DNA of 63,538 nt, the filler included. It is 7 parts of 7 records of this genome, joined end to end, with 100 filler letters (N's around TTAATTAATTAA, not from the genome) between each part and the next. Parts side by side here need not be neighbours in the genome. Positions count along the whole stretch, not along the records: positions 58,234 to 63,538 come from DRR723986_16833; 6 more parts are not named here. One strand, given 5' to 3'. Below, piece after piece: positions 61,424 to 63,538 of this stretch. Below the pieces are notes generated by a model, which did not search any database, was not told where the DNA came from, and saw only the letters and a program-made list of their open reading frames with translations. The translations under genes were made by a program, and so were the position numbers. Every line of letters starts with the position of its first letter. Positions within the stretch are counted from its first letter, which is position 1.

Positions 61424-61448
61424 AAGGGCTGCATCGCTGCAGCCCTTT
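61424..61448. terminator. Probable bidirectional terminator
   Basis: AAGGGCTGCA-TCGC-TGCAGCCCTT between convergent genes. Confidence 0.7.
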
Positions 61449-61466
61449 GATCAATCAGGTGAACAA

Positions 61467-62978
61467 TTAAGCCGCCTGCTTGGCTTGTGACTTGCGACCC
61501 GAAGGCTTTTTGCCAGTTGCGGAGCCCGCTTTCGCAAACTCCAACACGCCATCTTCAATCTCACCTTTTTTCAGCACGGGGCGATCAGCCAGGTAATTGT
61601 TGACCACGGTCCAAGGTGCAGCCGGACCCTGCTTGGGCAAACGGTCTGCGGCACGTTTCATGTAGCCCGCTTCCAGATCAAACATGGGAGTATCGTCCGC
61701 CTCGACCCCCTCGGCGTTGGGCACCACACGGGTGTAACCATGTTTGTCCATGTGATTCAGCACTCGGCAAACAAACTCGGCAGCCAAGTCGGCTTTCAAA
61801 GTCCAGGAAGCATTGGTGTAACCAAACACCATGGCGAAGTTGGGGATGCTACTCATCATCACGCCTTTGTAGCTCATCACCTCGCCCACGTTGACAGGCT
61901 TGCCATCCACATGCGCAGTCAAACCGCCCAGAATTTGGAGGTCCAGCCCGGTGGCTGTGATCACAATGTCCGCCTCAAGTACCTGACCGCTTTTCAGCTT
62001 GATGCCGTTTTCCACAAACGTATCAATGTGATCGGTCACGATGTCAGCCTTGCCTTTTTTCAGCACTTTGAACAAGTCACCGTCCGGCACCACACACAAA
62101 CGCTGATCCCAAGGGTTGTAGCTGGGCGTGAAATGCTTCATGTCAAAGTTCTTGCCCATGCGCGCACGGGTAGCACCCAGCAGCAAACGCTTGATCGCTT
62201 TCGGACGCTCTTTGCTCAACTTGAAGATCAGGCGTTGCAGGCCAATATTGCGGGCACGGCCGATGTTGTATACCCAGGTGTCGGGCATGAACTTCTTCAA
62301 CACCACAGAAACCGGATCCACCGATGGAATGGAAGCAATGTAGGTGGGCGAACGCTGCAACATGGTGACGTGGCCAGCCGTATCGGCCATGGCAGGCACC
62401 AGAGTAATGGCAGTGGCGCCACTGCCAATGACCACCACACGCTTGCCTGAATAATCCAGGTTTTCAGGCCACTGCTGAGGATGAACCACAGTGCCTTTGA
62501 ACTTTTTAATGCCGGGAAATTCAGGGCTGTAGCCTTTGTCATAGTTGTAATAGCCAGTACAACCCAACAGGAAGTTGCTGGTGAACACCTGCTTCTCCCC
62601 GGTTTCCTCAATGACGCCTTCAACAGTCCACTGGTTTGCTTCGGAATCCCAATTGGCAGCGGTCACCTTCAAGCCGAACTGAATATCCTTGATCACATCG
62701 TGCTCTTTGGCGGCTTCCGTCACATACTCGCGAATTTCCTGCCCATTGGCCAAAACCTTCTCGCCCTTCCAGGGCTTAAAGCTGTAGCCCAGCGTAAACA
62801 TGTCGGAATCAGACCGGATACCAGGGTAGCGGAACAAGTCCCAGGTGCCCCCAATCGCTTTGCGACGTTCCAGAATTTTGATGCTTTTGCCTTTGCAGTT
62901 CTGCTTGATGTGGCATGCTGCACCAATGCCAGACAGACCGGCGCCAATAATCAGTACGTCTACATGTGGATTGTTCAT
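61467..62978 (-). CDS. Flavin-binding monooxygenase, EthA/AlmA-like (Baeyer-Villiger family)
   Basis: GAGLSG, GGTWDLFRYPGIRSDSD, FKGTVVHPQQWP, GSGATA and GYTNASWTLK motifs. Confidence 0.9.
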   Translation of the reverse strand: MNNPHVDVLIIGAGLSGIGAACHIKQNCKGKSIKILERRKAIGGTWDLFRYPGIRSDSDMFTLGYSFKPWKGEKVLANGQEIREYVTEAAKEHDVIKDIQFGLKVTAANWDSEANQWTVEGVIEETGEKQVFTSNFLLGCTGYYNYDKGYSPEFPGIKKFKGTVVHPQQWPENLDYSGKRVVVIGSGATAITLVPAMADTAGHVTMLQRSPTYIASIPSVDPVSVVLKKFMPDTWVYNIGRARNIGLQRLIFKLSKERPKAIKRLLLGATRARMGKNFDMKHFTPSYNPWDQRLCVVPDGDLFKVLKKGKADIVTDHIDTFVENGIKLKSGQVLEADIVITATGLDLQILGGLTAHVDGKPVNVGEVMSYKGVMMSSIPNFAMVFGYTNASWTLKADLAAEFVCRVLNHMDKHGYTRVVPNAEGVEADDTPMFDLEAGYMKRAADRLPKQGPAAPWTVVNNYLADRPVLKKGEIEDGVLEFAKAGSATGKKPSGRKSQAKQAA

Positions 62979-63110
62979 TGTTTTGTCCCCGTGGGTTGAC
63001 CGTTTATGTGACTTTTTGTATTGTCAGTTGAGAGAATAGTGGCGAGCTGGGTCTGTTGGCTAGTAAGAAATACTCTAAACTGGGCTAACTATTACACAGA
63101 GCAAGGAAAA

Positions 63111-63538
63111 ATGGAATTTCTTGACACATTGAAACAGCGCCACAGTGTGCGTGCTTTTGACCCCAAACCCGTGCCCGACGAGGTGCTCCAACGCCTACTT
63201 TCACAGGCTGCACTGTCACCAAGCTGGTCCAACACCCACCCCTACCGAATCGCACTGGCCACTGGCGATGTGCTGGAAAGTTTGCGTGCCGAGCTGTACT
63301 CAAGGTTTCAAGAAACAATCAAACTTCAACGCGGTGGCAAGCTGACGCAAATCAAAGGGCTGTTGACCCGAAGCAAAGGCATTCCCGATGGCGATGTCAA
63401 ACCTGTGGTGAATTACCCCAAGGACTTGCAGGCACGCAGGGTGGAGTGTGGCAAAGGCTTGTATGGCGTATTGGGCGTGGCCCGCAACGACTTGAAAGCC
63501 CGCGACCAGGCCATGGCCGAGAACTTCCGTATGTTTGG
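63111..63538 (+). CDS. Nitroreductase-family protein, 3' truncated (absent from the ORF track)
   Basis: Read manually: MEFLDTLKQRHSVRAFDPKPVP...AALSPSWSNTHPY, with an AAGGA RBS; frame is open to the window end. Confidence 0.88.
   Translation, partial: MEFLDTLKQRHSVRAFDPKPVPDEVLQRLLSQAALSPSWSNTHPYRIALATGDVLESLRAELYSRFQETIKLQRGGKLTQIKGLLTRSKGIPDGDVKPVVNYPKDLQARRVECGKGLYGVLGVARNDLKARDQAMAENFRMF

Overview
This window is not one continuous locus. It holds seven sequence segments joined by six identical 100-nt artificial spacers (44 N + TTAATTAATTAA + 44 N), and genes are cut at most junctions. Base composition and codon style (judged by eye, not computed) suggest at least three or four source organisms. 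Segments 1, 4, 5 and 6 look like a Hyphomicrobiales alphaproteobacterium (Roseibium/Labrenzia-like; inference). Segment 2 is a lower-GC and segment 3 a very high-GC Rhodobacteraceae-like sequence. Segment 7 is the lowest in GC and may be betaproteobacterial. Seg1 (1-12523): VWA protein, plant-type SABATH methyltransferase, Usp, AraC/MFS pair, 2Fe-2S ferredoxin, Hpt protein, and a 1924-aa GPR/RgsE-like polar-growth scaffold with 33/66-bp repeats. Seg2 (12624-21214): FAD hydroxylase + DUF2783 + VOC + maiA aromatic catabolism, exported cyclase, DOPA-dioxygenase-family protein, triple-domain Rid protein, acyl-CoA synthetase. Seg3 (21315-26480): PQQ alcohol-dehydrogenase accessory genes (pedF) next to coxG-coxS-coxL, with REP-like and tandem perfect palindromes. 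Seg4 (26581-35529): orphan sugar/polyol catabolic operon and a GMC oxidoreductase. Seg5 (35630-50257): dnaK ... ubiB-ubiE, mutM, rpsT, rhodanese, dnaA-dnaN-recF-gyrB. Seg6 (50358-58133): rhamnose uptake and catabolism genes. Seg7 (58234-63538): methylcrotonyl-CoA carboxylase beta subunit, HCCA isomerase, ExoD, flavin monooxygenase, nitroreductase. I found no rRNA, tRNA, CRISPR array, transposase or phage genes, and no demonstrably new multi-gene system. The best leads are the divergent bacterial SABATH enzyme, the Arg-less triple-Rid fusion, the tandem palindromes in a signal-peptide region, the orphan polyol pathway and the hairpin-dense leader of rhodanese-dnaA.
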